64,000 nt of DNA, taken from contig NC_090597.1 in assembly GCF_000497125.1 (NCBI RefSeq), forward strand, positions 1,127,797-1,191,796, in the 5' to 3' direction. How positions within the stretch are numbered: the first letter of the stretch is position 1; every line of letters begins with the position of its first letter. The DNA comes from Spironucleus salmonicida. Lineage: Eukaryota. This document shows, in pieces, positions 12,985 through 26,192 of this stretch. The translations under genes were made by a program, and so were the position numbers. The notes beneath the pieces are model-generated. The model made no database searches, was not told where the DNA came from, and was given only the letters and a program-made list of their open reading frames with translations.

Positions 12985-13572
12985 ATGCTTAATTTTACGA
13001 AACATACACTTGCAGATGCAACTGCAACAGCTGCCACTAGATATATTTCTGACTCCCTTTCATCATTCAAGAATACGCCTACATTCCTTAACCCGGTCAA
13101 ATTATCATACGATCTCCCAAGGCTCAGTCCCGCCGTGCTCGTCCCGGAAATAGTACCAGCTGCAGCCCAAGAATTATTCTTCAGTAGGTTTCACTCTGAG
13201 TGGAGAGTTGTTAATTCCTTTAATGAGGCTCTTATTGACTGCCTCGTAGATATCGCACTATCTAAAGTAGTTGGCACGCCACTTAACTGGAGTAAGGTTA
13301 CAGATCACGGCTTGAACTAGTTTATACGATCAGTAGTATCTGGATATGGAAGCAAGATGTCGGCTAACGCGAACGGAAGAAGAAGACCATCTTATACAGA
13401 TGAGTTTATATGGGGAGTTGCTGGAAGCATCTGCGGATAGGTAGCCGTTAATCTTGCCCGTGGTGAAAAGCTAGACCGGGATGTGTTAAAGAGAGGTATC
13501 ATAGGTGGATTTTGTCGTACTGGGTATGGCTACGTAAGACGTGTTGTGGAGGAAGGACTTAGGGCTGAATGA
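12985..13572 (+). CDS. Hypothetical helical protein (195 aa)
   Basis: Supplied ORF continues through TAG: ...HGLNQFIRSVVSGYG...GYGYVRRVVEEGLRAE*. Confidence 0.75.
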
Positions 13573-13581
13573 AGGAATTGA

Positions 13582-13878
13582 TCACTACATACTGCGTAAA
13601 ATCTCTTATAATATGCCAACACTTATTTCTTATTTTGGATGTTCCCTGTTACGCGCCTTTCGGATTGCTTTGCGAAAGTTATAACGGTCTGGGTTCTATC
13701 GCATTCGGAATAACTTTGACGTGCACTAAGCCAAACTGCGGTCAGGAAACACCTCCTTGATATTAACCCAAGAAACGTATCCTTTTGCCAACCCATGTGC
13801 CATAACATAATCGAAGAGTAGTTACTCCTCAGCTTTAGTCCAAATAGGAGCTTTGATATCCGAATAATCTGGGATCAT
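13582..13878 (-). CDS. Single-repeat Myb/SANT protein
   Basis: MIPDYSDIKAPIWTKAEEQLLFDYV...VSWVNIKEVFPDRSLAQCTSKLFRMRQ; W...W Myb pattern. Confidence 0.85.
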
Positions 13879-14036
13879 TTTGTAACAAGTAGAGATATAA
13901 AGAACTGCATATATATAAAAATAGTGTACATGATTGGTTGCGTAGACTCTCTAATATTTCAATTATAGAAACTACGCTAAAAGGCCTTGAAATACAGCCA
14001 CTATCCAAAAAATTAAATGATAATATCTTAGATGAT

Positions 14037-14354
14037 TCATTTTTATGGATTTGTCTGTTTTCGTTTTTGATATTATTGATACTATGAATAGCTAGCAACC
14101 TTGGGTTTTCGCCTCAATTCATCGTTAAACCTAAATCTATACTATACTAGCTATGTATCAGCTATAGCAGTGAATATACTTTTGTGCACGACAACCTGCT
14201 CATGGACGTCTAACTTCTTTAGTTAGAAGCCACCATCTTCAAGCTATGCTGCTAAAAAATTACCTGAGGTAACAATTTTATGTTTTTAGTTTTATTATGC
14301 TTGTATCCTGACGGGAGAAAGCACTTGAGGTGGAGATATTGGTAGTAGTCGCAT
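14037..14354 (-). CDS. Hypothetical protein (105 aa)
   Basis: MRLLPISPPQVLSPVRIQ...QTNPQK* with TAR=Gln; mirror of 16497-16814. Confidence 0.55.
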
Positions 14355-14471
14355 TTAGGTAAATATTTCGGTATATATTATATAATATCTAGTAATTTCA
14401 AAAATATACCGCGAGAAAATTATAAAGTAAATATTATTCATTATAGCATAGATATCTTTCCAGCAGTCCGC

Positions 14472-14729
14472 ATGCCAAATATAGTAGGAAAACTTTAATA
14501 GTAAGCACATAAGCGCCTCCATAGAGATGAAGATGTTGACACTGGTAATAGAGGTGTAACTTCGAATTTATATAATTCTGTATCAATGTTCTAAGGACCA
14601 GTGAAGCCGGTAAGCTACCCACCCCCACTTCAAAAGTAAGACCCGCACGAACTAACTGTTACCATTAACCAAAAAACTCCCAATACCTATGGCTCTATAT
14701 CCAGACAAGGTTGTGATGGAGCACAGTGA
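14472..14729 (+). CDS. Hypothetical protein (85 aa)
   Basis: MPNIVGKLQQQAHKRLHRDEDVD...GCDGAQ*, ends CAG TGA; convergent with Yip1. Confidence 0.55.
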
Positions 14730-14754
14730 TACAATTTTCAAAATTTAAAACCAG

Positions 14755-15474
14755 TCACTTGACAACAAATAGGACGCATCCTAGCGCTACCATAATGCAG
14801 CAGTGGACACCTATAAATCCAACGATAAATCCTATTTTCTTTCCTTTATCACTAGACTATTGTTATCCATATTTAATAACATTTCTGCTAATAAAGATAG
14901 TACTCCAAATAGCACCTAACGTAAATATTATTGGTAAAATGTAGATAGGCAAAAATCCAACTAAAGGAATTAACGCACAAGTTGGAATTAATACAATTAG
15001 AGAATATGCAGCTAATTACATGCATACAGTATAGTCTATTTTCATATCCATACACCAAACAATTCCCCACAGAATGAGGGTGATAACATAAACATATCCT
15101 GCTACAATTCCTGAAAATATACCAATACTGTTACTAATTGATGTACCTGACTTGATAACCATTAATACGACTTATGCAAAAAATGCTATAAAAACTAGAG
15201 TAACTGGGATCCAGAATGGCATAAATAAATCTGGTTCAGCTAATGCTGCTGTAGTGAGGAAATCACCTTTAAATATTACTAATGCTGATAAGACTCTTTA
15301 AAATATATCTAATTGTGTGAGTTAGAAATACTGCTACCAAAATGCAAGTTTGAATACTTTAGTGCAACCTTAAGGTAAATTATCATTAATAACATTTTAT
15401 ACAAAGGCAGGTGGCTGTTAATATAATGTTTCAGATACTTGTTGATTTGGATTATTCGGATCAAAATCAGCCAT
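14755..15474 (-). CDS. Yip1 domain protein (YIPF1/2-like)
   Basis: FWQQYFQLTQLDIFQRVLSAL...EPDLFMPFWIPVTLVF (cf. PDLYGPFWI) followed by about five TM segments. Confidence 0.85.
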
Positions 15475-15556
15475 GATTTATAAAGGAAAGGTATTACTAT
15501 GTAATAATATATAAAATAATAATATATAGATATACACTCCATTTTTCACTTTAATA

Positions 15557-15952
15557 ATGCCTAATTTAATTTCACCTATAGCAAACCCATTAGCTGATGA
15601 AAAGTTAGAATCCACTGCTTATAAGCTTTTAGAAAAATTGCATCCATTAAAATAGCTTGCTAGAGGTGTTAAAGAAGTTAAAAAACAGCTTAAACGTGAT
15701 AAAAAAGGTATCCTTTTATTAGCTGCAGATTGTATGCCTACCTAGATTCTTGCGGCTTTCCCAACAATGGCTGCTGAAAAAAATGTTCCTTATATGTTTT
15801 TACGTTCTAAAAGTGACATAGCTAAAGCATGTGGATTGAAAGATTCAGTTGTTGCAGTATTAGCATATGAAAGTGAGGATAAAGACTATAAAAAAGTATT
15901 TGAAGCTGCTCAGAAGAAGATGATCGATAATGTTGGATTTAAAGTAGTGTGA
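15557..15952 (+). CDS. NHP2: L7Ae-family RNA-binding protein, NHP2-like (H/ACA snoRNP)
   Basis: MPNLISPIANPLADEKL...RGVKEVKKQLKRDKKGILLLAADCMP...VPYMFLRSKSDIAKACG. Confidence 0.8.
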
Positions 15953-16121
15953 TCATTTATTTTTATTATTGCAAATAGTGGATCTTTTTAAGGATATTAT
16001 TCTTCTTTTATTGGCTAATTTTATGATTTAAGATTTATAGGTGTCCACTGCTGCATTATGGTAGCGCTAGGATGCGTCCTATTTGTTGTCAAGTGACTGG
16101 TTTTAAATTTTGAAAATTGTA

Positions 16122-16379
16122 TCACTGTGCTCCATCACAACCTTGTCTGGATATAGAGCCATAGGTATTGGGAGTTTTTTGGTTAATGGTAACAGTTAGT
16201 TCGTGCGGGTCTTACTTTTGAAGTGGGGGTGGGTAGCTTACCGGCTTCACTGGTCCTTAGAACATTGATACAGAATTATATAAATTCGAAGTTACACCTC
16301 TATTACCAGTGTCAACATCTTCATCTCTATGGAGGCGCTTATGTGCTTACTATTAAAGTTTTCCTACTATATTTGGCAT
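16122..16379 (-). CDS. Hypothetical protein, copy of 14472-14729
   Basis: Mirror copy in the inverted repeat. Confidence 0.55.
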
Positions 16380-16496
16380 GCGGACTGCTGGAAAGATATC
16401 TATGCTATAATGAATAATATTTACTTTATAATTTTCTCGCGGTATATTTTTGAAATTACTAGATATTATATAATATATACCGAAATATTTACCTAA

Positions 16497-16814
16497 ATGC
16501 GACTACTACCAATATCTCCACCTCAAGTGCTTTCTCCCGTCAGGATACAAGCATAATAAAACTAAAAACATAAAATTGTTACCTCAGGTAATTTTTTAGC
16601 AGCATAGCTTGAAGATGGTGGCTTCTAACTAAAGAAGTTAGACGTCCATGAGCAGGTTGTCGTGCACAAAAGTATATTCACTGCTATAGCTGATACATAG
16701 CTAGTATAGTATAGATTTAGGTTTAACGATGAATTGAGGCGAAAACCCAAGGTTGCTAGCTATTCATAGTATCAATAATATCAAAAACGAAAACAGACAA
16801 ATCCATAAAAATGA
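16497..16814 (+). CDS. Hypothetical protein, copy of 14037-14354
   Basis: Mirror copy in the inverted repeat. Confidence 0.55.
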
Positions 16815-16972
16815 ATCATCTAAGATATTATCATTTAATTTTTTGGATAGTGGCTGTATTTCAAGGCCTTTTAGCGTAGTTTCTATAATTGAAATATTAG
16901 AGAGTCTACGCAACCAATCATGTACACTATTTTTATATATATGCAGTTCTTTATATCTCTACTTGTTACAAA

Positions 16973-17269
16973 ATGATCCCAGATTATTCGGATATCAAAG
17001 CTCCTATTTGGACTAAAGCTGAGGAGTAACTACTCTTCGATTATGTTATGGCACATGGGTTGGCAAAAGGATACGTTTCTTGGGTTAATATCAAGGAGGT
17101 GTTTCCTGACCGCAGTTTGGCTTAGTGCACGTCAAAGTTATTCCGAATGCGATAGAACCCAGACCGTTATAACTTTCGCAAAGCAATCCGAAAGGCGCGT
17201 AACAGGGAACATCCAAAATAAGAAATAAGTGTTGGCATATTATAAGAGATTTTACGCAGTATGTAGTGA
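16973..17269 (+). CDS. Single-repeat Myb/SANT protein, copy of 13582-13878
   Basis: ATG 16973 to TAG TGA 17264-17269; Myb W motifs. Confidence 0.85.
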
Positions 17270-17278
17270 TCAATTCCT

Positions 17279-17866
17279 TCATTCAGCCCTAAGTCCTTCC
17301 TCCACAACACGTCTTACGTAGCCATACCCAGTACGACAAAATCCACCTATGATACCTCTCTTTAACACATCCCGGTCTAGCTTTTCACCACGGGCAAGAT
17401 TAACGGCTACCTATCCGCAGATGCTTCCAGCAACTCCCCATATAAACTCATCTGTATAAGATGGTCTTCTTCTTCCGTTCGCGTTAGCCGACATCTTGCT
17501 TCCATATCCAGATACTACTGATCGTATAAACTAGTTCAAGCCGTGATCTGTAACCTTACTCCAGTTAAGTGGCGTGCCAACTACTTTAGATAGTGCGATA
17601 TCTACGAGGCAGTCAATAAGAGCCTCATTAAAGGAATTAACAACTCTCCACTCAGAGTGAAACCTACTGAAGAATAATTCTTGGGCTGCAGCTGGTACTA
17701 TTTCCGGGACGAGCACGGCGGGACTGAGCCTTGGGAGATCGTATGATAATTTGACCGGGTTAAGGAATGTAGGCGTATTCTTGAATGATGAAAGGGAGTC
17801 AGAAATATATCTAGTGGCAGCTGTTGCAGTTGCATCTGCAAGTGTATGTTTCGTAAAATTAAGCAT
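17279..17866 (-). CDS. Hypothetical protein, copy of 12985-13572
   Basis: Mirror copy in the inverted repeat. Confidence 0.75.
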
Positions 17867-18082
17867 TGTGGAAGGGAATTTTTAAGTAAATAGACGCTTA
17901 ATATATATAAGTTGTAAACCCATACATAATATACAATGCTGGGGTATACAAATTATAGCAGCAGCAATACGATTTCAATCAATTTATTCGAACGATCTCA
18001 TCACTAAATCTACTTATGGTAAATCGCATTGTCACAGTTATTAGGCTCTGTGCCAACCAAAATCGAGACAATGTGGCATCAC

Positions 18083-19591
18083 TCATCTGATTCTCGTATA
18101 TTCCTATTTGCCCCTTCTGACAAACCAAACTATCAACCCAACTATCAGAGTGCACAAAAGCAGGCACCCGGTTACCGAAATCCCAATTATCCATCCCAAG
18201 GACAGGCCGGAGCTAGAATTTCCTCCCGATGGGACGCATAGCAAATTGCTCATGTCACGTTGATAACCTGACGCACAGAGACTGCAGTTATGATCCTCAT
18301 CTAAACTATACCCCTTCAAACACGAACCACACTGATTTATCGTCGAGCCGCTACAGTTAGCACAATTCTCGGTTGTGCCACCACAGTAGCAGGCGGTGGT
18401 GATTGTTTATATAAGAGGCCCATCTACTGGGCAGAAATTTACAACTGGGTCTATTGTAAGATCCTCGTTCTGTCGGCAAAACTGTCCATTTTATAACTTG
18501 ATTGTGCAGATCTTGACGCAAACCCCGGTTATATCTAGCTAGAACCCATCTCGGCATTTACGACAGCTATCTATCGAGTTCCCACAGTCCACGCACTAAA
18601 CATCGAAGCAGGTCTCGTTACTGACGCAATTACCGAGAGGCCCAACAACTGGAAACACTCCTGCGCATTTCGTACACGTCCCGTCCAAATTTAGCCCATA
18701 TCCAATCAAGCAGTACCCACAGTGATCGCTGTTGCTGGAGCAGTTCCCGCAGTTCCCGGTCGTATCTGATCCGCACGTACAAACCTTGGATGCCAAGTTG
18801 ATGCTCGACTTGGGTGAGCAAATAACACAAAACCCGCCCTCCAGATGGTACCCATCCGTGCACGTGTCACAGGTGATGATTGGGAACGGGAGTGTGGTAT
18901 GGGTACATGTTTTACAGCTCTTGATACCGCACTCCTGACAGTGCAGTCCGCCATTCTGGATGAAGAACCCATCTAGGCAGGTTGTGCAGGTCGTCGGAGC
19001 TGGAACCTCAGTTGTACCCATGTTAATCGTACACTTGCCGCAATTCGCGAAGCATGGCGTGCAGCTGTTGCCTGTGTTTAACGTGAACGTCAGCTCGCAC
19101 TAATCACACTTTTTCGGGTCCGCACAGGTTAGGCAGTCATCGGGGCAGTTGAACTCGATACAGCTCTTACCGTCTGGAGAGGTGAAGCCCTTCTTGCACT
19201 TGACACACTTATGGGTATTGGAGTCGAGCTCAAAGTTTATGTGACATGTGTTGCACAAGTTTTTATCGCAGGAGACGCAGTACTGGACCGCCTGCTTCCC
19301 GCAGATGCAGCCGATAGCTGGCGTAGAGTTGGAGCAGGCGATGCACTGGGCGCTGGCGGTCACGTAGGTACCGCTAGGGCAGTTCTCTACGCAGGTATTG
19401 GTGCTCAGGAAAAGGCCAGAAGCACACTCAGTGCAGGTGTTGGCCTGCGCGCATTTGAGGCACCCCGGGAGGGAGGATGGTTTGGAGGTGGTGCTGCAGA
19501 CGCAGGGAGATATTGAATTGCAACTAGTACAAATTTTGCTGTGGCAATACTCTTAAATAGAGCAATTATCTGTTGTAGTGCATGCTGACAT
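18083..19591 (-). CDS. Cysteine-rich membrane protein (CXXC repeats), intact copy
   Basis: MSACTTTDNCSIQEYCHSKICTSC... (alternative ATG at 19600); CXXC throughout; TM GWIIGISVTGCLLLCTLIVGLIVWFV then RRGK. Confidence 0.85.
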
Positions 19592-20051
19592 TTTAAACAT
19601 AAAGATATTTATTATCATAATATATATAATAATATTATTATTTTAAAATATTTTTATGGAATATAAAATATCAACTAATTAATAACCAATGCACAAAGGA
19701 ACTAGTGAATATACTTAATTAAATACAATGTTCGAAAATACTCATTGAGTATACATGCTAATATTAATCTACACTACCATTGTTTAATACAGATAAAATT
19801 TTGTCCATTTGGTAAAACAGTATTAATACTTGTTAATAGTTTAAAATTTTTAAACATAACGTTATTAAAACCAATTTATTATATATGGATATATGAATAT
19901 ACCATTATTTTTTCATATTCTATGATTATTATTTACTTAAAATAATAATCCTAGAACTTATTGTATTATTTGTACTCAACTCTATACACTGGTTCTCAGT
20001 TTCACGTCCATTTTATAAATAATAATATTATGATCTTTTCCTTTCGATCAA

Positions 20052-20480
20052 ATGCCAAAGCAGTCTATTGATTCAGACGCAGCCATTACTGCAATATCAC
20101 AGCTTTTATCTATCACAGTATAATAAGCACTTAATGATTTTCCAGCTTTAGATCGTTTGATATCAGAAGGAATGAGTTGGTCAATTGCTGCCGTGTAACT
20201 TAATATTCCAAGAGATAAATTATATCACTGGTATCGTGACACATATAGGCGTCGAAATCTTAGTTAAGTCACTGCAGCAGATCGTAATTCTATTGACCTA
20301 GCTGTATTAGAGAAACTTATGACTGGTGTATTAACATCTAACTCTAAGAAGGAGCTTCATGCGATCTTCCCATAATATGAGTGGACTGTATTCTCTGTAG
20401 CATATAATAATGCTCGTGCAAAAGCTAAATCTAATCCTAATATACTAAATCTTATATAGTATATTTTTTACAAAAAATGA
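20052..20480 (+). CDS. Hypothetical protein with HTH/Myb-like segment
   Basis: MPKQSIDSDAA...SWSIAAVQLNIPRDKLYHWYRDTYRRR...; 142 aa open with TAR=Gln. Confidence 0.6.
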
Positions 20481-21421
20481 AATTTATTTACTCTATAATT
20501 CTATCTTTATTTATTATAATTAAGATTATATCTTTAGAATATGCAAAAGTACAATCGTAACAATTACTACAAGTAAGTATAGCCTAATAGTGTTAAACGA
20601 TTTCATAGAATATATTTCCACCTCAGTATTAAATTTATTATATATTTTTACAAATAATGACTAAATATATAACAATTTAGATTACTAATTATTTAAATCT
20701 AATGATACATAGTCGTTAATTAAATTTAATTTTAAGACTTTAAAATAATAGAGGTAAATTTATTACAACAGTTCTCTAAATCTATATCAATTGATATTAA
20801 AAATTTCAACTTTACTCCTGAGTACATAATCGTTATATTTTTATAAACTTGCTATCTAAGTATGTATTAGGTTGTACATAGGATAAATTTTTTGAAGATT
20901 AGCATTATAAATGAAATCATCTAAATGAATTTATTAACAAAAATTATGTATACATTGATACATACTTCCGTATTAGCCTCTCTGCTACCTCAAAATTACT
21001 ATTAGCTAAATCTTAAATTAGTTTGCATAGCAAAATGAATTAATTGCTACCTTTCATAATATCTAACTGGTTACCATATACCATATTTTAAATTATAAAA
21101 TAACTATTTCAACTACCAAATCAACCTGATATAAAACTATAAACATTATTACCTACAATCTTATTCAATCCCAATTCTTCAAAATAAGCTTTAATAAGCT
21201 TAAGTCTCAGGTTGCCTAACCGCCTACTAAAATGACAATCAACCATCAACTAAAACACCCAACCTCATTTAACTCCCTCCTATCACTATTCTTAGATCCC
21301 AAAGTCTTTCACTGCGTTCATTATGTCATCTCCGAATTACATTTTCACTTGAAATTATTATATATCATATAGCGTTTTATTTCATTCCTCAAAAATTCAT
21401 AAATTCTACATTTTCGTCAGC

Positions 21422-22030
21422 TCAGACATCGCCCCCAAGCGGTCCCTCTTCGTACCCGTAGCTCACGCAGTGCCGCGCGCTTGAACCCACGAAATCGATC
21501 ACGAGAATCCTCCCTGCTGGCGCGTGCACAACCTTTACCTTCGGGTTTTCCCAGACCTCGCCGCTGCCCTCAACGCCGTTGACGACAAACAGCTTGCCCC
21601 GCACGTCGCCCAGAACGCGGTCAAATAAGGCCGCCGGGCACCCAATTTTGCAGTTTTGAGGGCTGAACGGCGTTACCAAAACCGAACTTTTGGTCCGGAT
21701 CTGGCGCTGGATTTTCGTCGTTTGGACGCATGCAAATTCTGTCCAAAAAACCGGCTCGGCCGTGCCGAATTTGATGTGTTTCTTGGCTGGAAATGCCAGC
21801 AGTTTTCCGTTCCTTATTCGGTAGATTTGCTTGGATACGAACTGGTGCAGAATGGTCGAGAATTCGTGATCTGGAAACGGGTGCTCCGGAAGCTCCGGAT
21901 CGTCGAAGGTGAGCAGCGCATCGATCTAAAAATTAAGCCTGCCAATAATTCGTAGTATTTGCGGTAGTTTGTGCTTTAATTAGTAAATTTGGTTGATTTG
22001 CACTAATTTGAAGGTGCTGATAATCTACAT
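21422..22030 (-). CDS. Hypothetical protein (202 aa)
   Basis: MQIISTFKLVQ...GPLGGDV* continuous frame; GC rises toward the 3' end. Confidence 0.65.
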
Positions 22031-22536
22031 TAGTAAATGTAATTATTGATTACTAATATATAATAATATAATATTACTTTTGTAATCAATAATTTTTCTA
22101 AATTTGAAAATACTAGTTAATAGTATAAGAATACATATAAGTTTTGACTCTAATGTATTTTTGCTTAGTATACGTAAATGTATACAATATCTAAATTATA
22201 GAATGTGTAATATGATTTATTGATGTCTTAATAAAGTTAGATGATTTATCTATTAAAATAGTGAAAGGATAGATGCATTAAGGATAAATAAAATTTGGGT
22301 AATTTAATTGATAGGTATGTATTAAAGCACGAATCCCTTAAATTTATTAATGTTAAAAAACGACCTAACACAAAAATTAACACTGAAATTATATTAAAAA
22401 TTTGTGGCTAAGCCTAATAATAAATAATTAATATCCTTAATTTAATAGTAATAATCTAGAGTGAATAAATACGCCTGACTTTTTATTATATGTATAAATA
22501 CAAGTTTAAGGTGTCATTATTGAATAAATGTAATCG

Positions 22537-23796
22537 TCACTCTTTCCAGTCATCATTCTAGTTTCTTCTTTCGGCTTCTTCTCCAAGGAAAGCCAGTTAT
22601 TTTTGTTGATCTTTGCTTAAGGTTCCGACCCAATCTTTAACTGCCTATCTTTCACCACCGTACATAAGCTAGGCCATATCTGCACAATGTTCAATAAGTC
22701 TAGAATCTTCACAGCATTTTCTAGCACATTCACTTTCATTTAAATATTTTCTCTAATACTCATTAACTGTTATCAAAGGTTGAGGGAATCCAGTTCCTAC
22801 TGGATTAGGCTTTCTTCTATCTGCCATCCATCTAGCATGCCCAGCAGCCTACTCATCATGTGCTATTTTAAGCATTTCTTAAGGAATATCATCATGGAAC
22901 TGTCTGTTCGTAGTTCTAGTATCATATCTAAGTTCCTTCACAATTGACATATCACTAATATCATCGCTTTTAATTTTGCGTGTTAATGTAGTTCCTCCTT
23001 GATAAGGTCTCATTGGACCAGTCTCTTCAAAGGAACGTAGCTTAGTAGACGCTAAGAACTTTTCCTTAGGCTCATGAACACAAGCCTCACGAGTAAGATG
23101 TTTTGTAATATATGCTCCTGGAATATCTTCTTTTGCCTTAGCTTTGTAATCAATTGTAAATTCTTAACCGTCTTCTCCTGTTGCCTTGAATACATTACAA
23201 ATTGGTAGCAATCCAGCATCAGCTTTATTATTAGAGTTTAAATCATTCATAGTTTAACTTTTTAAGAAATTTTCTCTCCAAAGTGTTTCACATGACTAAG
23301 CCAATGCAGGAATAACAGAAGTCTAACCTAGCATGGATTTTTGCATCGAAATCTATTTATGGACATTACCAGGAGGAACATAAATATACTCCTGGTTAGG
23401 ATGAAAACGTTCATGATAATGTGGAAGTTTATCTTCTTTCTTTTATTTTACGATATCTGCTCTTACTGCATCACGTTTACCTGTAATTCTTTCTATAGCA
23501 ACTGGAGCAAAACCACGCTATTTTTTCTCTGTTTCAGTAAGAGTATGTGCAAGCGCTTTTTATTTCCCATACGCATATAAAGTAGGTGCTGCTGAGCGAT
23601 TGATGGCACGTAATGAGCTAGAAGAAGGTTTATAAAGAGGATCATGTTATTCTGCTTAGCTATAACCTTATTGCTGAGCCATCTACTAACTTTCGCTATT
23701 TGATTTAAACCTTTCTGATTACAATCTTAACTCCTCAGATAGATAATGTTCACGTTACGAACATGTTTTATTAAAGTCCGTAAAAGTCTGTGTCAT
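22537..23796 (-). CDS. Hypothetical protein (419 aa)
   Basis: MTQTFTDFNKTCSQREHYLSEELR...NDDWKE*; C-rich motif upstream; GAG TGA end. Confidence 0.8.
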
Positions 23797-25232
23797 TTAA
23801 TGGAGGTAAATGCGGAAAAATTAAATTAAAAATAAAGAAGTATATACATATATAAATAATTAAATACATTTTTAATAAACTATTTACTTGTAAAATATAT
23901 AATATTAATATTCGTTATGGGCATACTTATATCTATAGGTTAATATATAATATATAATGCAAATATAGATGAAATATATAAAATAACAATATTTTGAGTA
24001 TCATCATTCTGTGAATAAATCTAGATAATGAATTAATAAAACTTTATAGAATTACTAGTAGATATTTGTAATTATCATCAACAATATGTATTTGAAGTTT
24101 TTATTAGCAGTATTTTAGTAATTTTTCTGAAAAATAGTGATCGGATAAATTAATTATCTCTTAAAAAATACTATTATGAAGATAAACTTCATAACATTAG
24201 ATAATATATTGTCTCAAATGGGTTTAAGAAGAATGCTTGTTTCATGCATGTTAAATAGATCATTAAGATGTCTTTATTATATTAATCTATGCTCTATAGG
24301 TTTATTTTATTTTAGTAGTTTATCTTATATGGTTTCGTGTTTGAAATTTATTAATTGAGTAAAGGAGATTTATCAAGATACATAATATGAGATATCTTTA
24401 ATATTTTATGTACAGTATTATACTACCAGTTAAGTTATCATTTAGTTATTACTTAAGTTTTATTCTACCTAATAATAATTATAACGTAAATATACTGTAT
24501 TGAAAAAATGGTATATGATCTAATCACAATATGTGATCAATTTAGTTTTATTATAGTATAGTATTATATTTGAGAATTATCTAATAATAAATATGTTTTT
24601 AATTATATTATCTGGTAAAATTATACAACTAAATTACAATTATTATAGGATGTAGAAATTGCGATACACTATGTCATGCGAAATAGATACACATCAAAAT
24701 TATGATATCATAAATTTCAAGACTGAAATTAGGTATTACCTTTTTATAAGTAAATTAACGTATAGTTTATATTTATTGTATCTATTTTCTATTATCAGAG
24801 TAAAAATGGAAAATATCAATATACTAACTTAGGGAAGCTTTTTTAATTGGCTATTCCTACCAACAAATATTGGCAGTCAATGCTTTTATCTGGTTCCAGT
24901 AAATACTTTAAGATAAATTTGCAATTAACCATTTTAATGATTATCATCGTATTTTTCTTTGAAAACCATAATTGTAAAGGCAGGTTTTATTTTTGATATT
25001 ATGTATAAAAAAATAGTATACACTAACCTTATTTACTAATGTTTGGAAATTATTTTAATAGCATTCAGGTAGTATTTACAAATTATAGTATCAACTAAAT
25101 GTCAGAGTAAGTTATGTTTAAATTGCTGATAATGAAAATACTATTTTTGCTACTTTTACAGTTAGTTCAGTAAATCAAGCAAACAGACATTAATACAAAT
25201 AATAAAATATATAGCTTACAGAAACGAACTGG

Positions 25233-25517
25233 TCACTTCATAGCTTGCAATACTGCTAATAACACATCCACCTAAATTACTGTATTATTATCACGTATGT
25301 TCTTCTTTCCTAGCTTCCTAAATTTAAAACGATCAGTATCTTACCGCATACGGTGTAACTTCGAAGTACATTACGAAAGTGTTCGGTTAGGAAGATAGTT
25401 ATTAATATCTGTCCAATCAATATGACCCGTAGAAAATACATGTGCTTCAACATAGTTAAATAAAATCTACTCCTCATCTGGTCCCCAACATGGTGGGCGT
25501 ACTCTAACTTAAATCAT
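25233..25517 (-). CDS. Single-repeat Myb/SANT protein, AT-rich paralog
   Basis: MIQVRVRPPCWGPDEEQILFNYVEAHVFSTGHIDWTDINNYLPNRTLSQCTSKLHRMRQDTDRFKFRKLG; clear paralog of 38256-38534. Confidence 0.9.
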
Positions 25518-26192
25518 TTTTGGACAGAGAATATTAAATTGTTAGTAATTATTTAATCACAAATGGTATTTGGGGTAGCATTATTTTTATAATTGAATAT
25601 ATATTAATAAATTATATGATTAATAAAAACGCTAGAAATGAATATTAAGTTTGATACTAAAATTTTAATAGTTCTCCAAAATACGAAACCAAGAAAATAC
25701 TATATATCAAATCATTATAACTGAGATATTATATAATTATTTATTAGTAAGAATATTATTAATATATATTCTATTTTCAGAATTGGTTTTATATTGTTTG
25801 AAAGAACGATATACTATAAGAGTTAATATACTTTAAAAAATCAAAATATAAAACTTCAAAAAACGTACATTTTACTAAACTAATATATTATTTTAATTGA
25901 AACTTTATTTATGAATACCATTTAAAAAATAAGTTTTTCAAAAATTATTATAAGAGTTACATTCTCCAAGGTGCCAGCCTGCAAGTCTTCAGAGCTTCAT
26001 ATTAAATTTGGCAAAAAATTTGCTTAAACTTATCACAAAGAAATTAAATTAAAGGCAAAACATCTAAATTTTTAGTAATCTAAATCAGCTCCACACTATC
26101 TCTAATATCCTTACCTTAAACCTTATAAATAATGACTTTACATCAAATTGTGATGCCTCCCAGACTTTACAAAAATATCGATCATAATGCCG

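Larger units (their letters stand above)
11342..14819 (+). repeat. Left arm of ~3.5 kb inverted repeat
   Basis: Position x maps to 30851-x; all supplied ORFs mirror exactly from ~11400 to 14819; outer ~55 bp diverged. Confidence 0.95.
16032..19506 (-). repeat. Right arm of ~3.5 kb inverted repeat
   Basis: Reverse complement of 11342-14819; unique spacer 14820-16031. Confidence 0.95.

Noticed and set aside
11342-19506. Inverted repeat as transposon terminal repeats
   Set aside because: No transposase, RT or target-site duplication; arms and spacer contain ordinary host genes
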